A stretch of 63,989 nucleotides of DNA, filler included, from Folioceros fuciformis (lineage: Eukaryota): NCBI GenBank assembly GCA_049999805.1. It is 13 parts of 13 records of this genome, joined end to end, with 100 filler letters (N's around TTAATTAATTAA, not from the genome) between each part and the next. Parts side by side here need not be neighbours in the genome. Positions count along the whole stretch, not along the records: positions 61,535 to 62,861 come from JBNGIO010003083.1; positions 62,962 to 63,989 come from JBNGIO010003191.1; 11 more parts are not named here. One strand, given 5' to 3'. The notes beneath the pieces are model-generated. The model was given only the letters and a program-made list of their open reading frames with translations, was not told where the DNA came from and searched no databases. The position numbers and the translations under genes are program-made. Positions 61,535 through 63,989 of this stretch are shown here, in pieces. The stretch's first letter is position 1; the number at the start of each line of letters is the position of its first letter.

Positions 61535-62841
61535 TCCCATCTGAGGGGAGATCTCACCCTTGGCCACCTGCTGCCCATACCAGGCATTACGTCCTTTGAG
61601 AAGGGTGACGTAAGTATCAGCCAGCAAAGGGCCTGCGAGTTTTTCTGGATCTTCTGAGAGCAAGTGAGTTATGTAGATCATTTCTGACGTGCAGTGTGCG
61701 AAGTACACGGACTTACTGGTGGCACTCTCGTTTGTAAGAGCTGCAACCATTCCTGCGCACCGAAATCTACCTTGTCAGCAGTTTGCCTTGCCATTGCAAC
61801 AAGTAGGCCAGGCGAGGAGAGTAAGCCCCTTGCTATTTACCTGCACCGATGGCATACACATTTTTCAGTCCTCCCATCACCTCATGAGTGACGAGGTCAC
61901 TATTGTCCCAGACTATAAAGTGAGGCTGCCGAAGAAACCTGGCCAGGGGCTTTCTCCATTTCTCGGCACCACATATTCTGGCATTTGCATATTCCTTGTT
62001 GTACACTTCCGCAGCAATATTAGGGCCACCTAGATACAAAATGTTCTCGTCCAACAGACCAGCTGCCACCGAAACAGCATCCAACCCCACGTATCAGTCT
62101 CAGCTAAAATGGTTGGAGCAACTCTACGTGCCTGTGCTAAAAAACGGGGACGACCGCAATTTTTCTTTCACAATCCAAACACTCACTGGCAGCTTGAATC
62201 ATCTGCGTGGGAGTCACAATATGAGGATCCGGATCAAAGGCCGCCTCAACACCCTTAGCCAAGGAAATGACGATAGGTTTAGTCCTCCTCTCACGCCAGT
62301 AGTTGCCGATCTTTTCAAACACGGCACGGGTTTCAGTGGACGGGAGGCCATTGACGACAATGTCCGCATCCCAAACCGCGCCCTGCAAGTCGGTCACAAC
62401 TCTGAGCGGACACAAGGGCGTATCCAGCATGTTTATGCAAAATCCATCCCTCAAAATCTCGTCGGCATAAAGCACGCGGTCTCCCAGCCTCCCTTCCACA
62501 TACTTCAGGTAGGCGCATTTTGCCAGCAGGCGTCGCAACACGTCCTCCCGTGCATTAATAACCTCGAACAGCTTCACAGCCGACGCCCGCTCCAGCTTCT
62601 TCTCCGGCCTGCGCCAGATGCGAATCTGGATCTGCTCCCGCATGTGCCCGTACGCATCCTGCAGCATAGCCAGGAAGACGCTCCCCCACGCGCCCGCCCC
62701 TACTCCCGTGATCCGCACCTGGTCCCCGTCCCCCTTGCCCAGCGTCTGCCTCAGCTCTGCCAGCCGGTCCTCCGCCGTCCCCACTGCGGCCTCAGCTGTG
62801 GCAGCAGCGACGCCATTCCCAATTGGCCCCCCGCTCACCAT
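61535..62841 (-). CDS. GPDHc1: Cytosolic NAD-dependent glycerol-3-phosphate dehydrogenase, 3' truncated by gap
   Basis: Exons 62841-62187, 62062-61841, and 61752 to the gap. Motifs [60 protein letters not shown]. Confidence 0.94.
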
Positions 62842-62961
62842 GGCCCCAGCCTTCTCACGATNNNNNNNNNNNNNNNNNNNNNNNNNNNNNNNNNNNNNNN
62901 NNNNNTTAATTAATTAANNNNNNNNNNNNNNNNNNNNNNNNNNNNNNNNNNNNNNNNNNNN

Positions 62962-63989
62962 GAGACTGCCCCTCCTGTGCACATGAAGACATAACCTGAT
63001 GTGGACCTCCTTTTGTCCATATCCTCTGCATAATCAGCATCCGTATATCCCACGACAGATGCATCTTCACTACCAAAACATAAGTACAAAGCTTTCGTAC
63101 CATTCAAGTAGCTCATAACTCCTTTCACTACCTCCCAATGCTTCCTGCCAGGGTTTGACATAAACCTGCTAACCACTCCCACTGCAAAGGCAATGTTAGG
63201 ACGTGTAGCAATCATTGCATACATCAAACTCCCTACAACTAATGAATATGGAACCTTCTCCATTTCACCTTTGTCCTCCGCAGAGCTTGGGCAATCCTTG
63301 CTCGACAGTTTCACATATGGAAGCAACGGAGTACTTAATACCTTCGTCTTCTCCACATTGAAACGTTGAAGCACCTTGTTAATGTATTCAATCTGAGACA
63401 AGTACAGCAAACGCTTCAATCTATCTCGACGAATACGCATGCCAAGAATATGGCTTGCCTCTCCCAAGTCTGTCATGTCAAAGCGACCATTCAACTTTGA
63501 CTTCAACACTGAAATCTCATCACTGTTAGTCCCAGCAATTAGCATATCATCCACATAGAGGACCAGAATGAGCAAGCTTCCATCCTTAGCTTACTTTGTA
63601 TAGAGGCAATGATCTTCATCGCTACGCTTGTAGCCTTGAGAAAGCATGAATGAGTGGAACTTGAAATACCACTCCCTGGGTGCCTACTTCAAACCATAAA
63701 GGCTCTTCTTTAACTTGCACACGATATTCTCTTTGCCCTTCTCAATGAAACCCTCTGGTTGCTGCATGTATACCTCTTCCTGGAGATCACCATGCAAAAA
63801 TGCCGACTTCACATTCATCTGGACAAGTTCCATGTCGAGCCTCGCAACCAGACCAAGAACACATCGCAAGGTGTTCATTTTGACAACCGGTGAGAAAATC
63901 TCATCAAAGTCAATACCTTGTTGTTGCTTAAAACCCTTCGCAACCAATCGTGCCTTGTACTTGGGTTTGCCATAATGGGGTATGTCCTT
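62962..63989 (-). mobile_element. Ty1/Copia family A fragment: RT and RNaseH start
   Basis: VAKGFKQ..LYGLK, YVDDMLI, VPYS..GSLMYAM, YTDADY; close match to about 2885-3910. Confidence 0.95.

Overview
Nuclear DNA of a land plant; short GT-AG introns, GC-rich genes and TTTAGGG-type repeats suggest a non-seed plant such as a hornwort or lycophyte (inference only). The window is 13 contigs joined by 12 artificial 100-nt spacers (44 N + TTAATTAATTAA + 44 N), so adjacency across gaps is unproven. Host genes: chloroplast ribosomal protein S1, UGP3, a TBC/RabGAP, a DUF4228/PADRE gene and a gap-truncated cytosolic GPDH. Much of the rest is nested, decayed Ty1/Copia elements and a probable Ty3/Gypsy-type element with accessory ORFs. 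The most interesting signal is at 49.3-59.6 kb. It holds a spliced, pseudogenised gene fusing a ParB/Srx-like domain to a bacterial-type beta-class (N4-C/N6-A) DNA methyltransferase, a second partial copy of that gene, and a spliced DDE-transposase-like pseudogene. The first gene and the transposase are tied together by a shared 26-bp palindrome (GAGTGCGCCGGT-NN-ACCGGCGCACTC), which fills one intron of each and a flanking 88-bp array. This suggests a DNA transposon carrying its own ParB-methyltransferase and candidate parS-like sites. All family assignments are by motif recognition; no searches were run.
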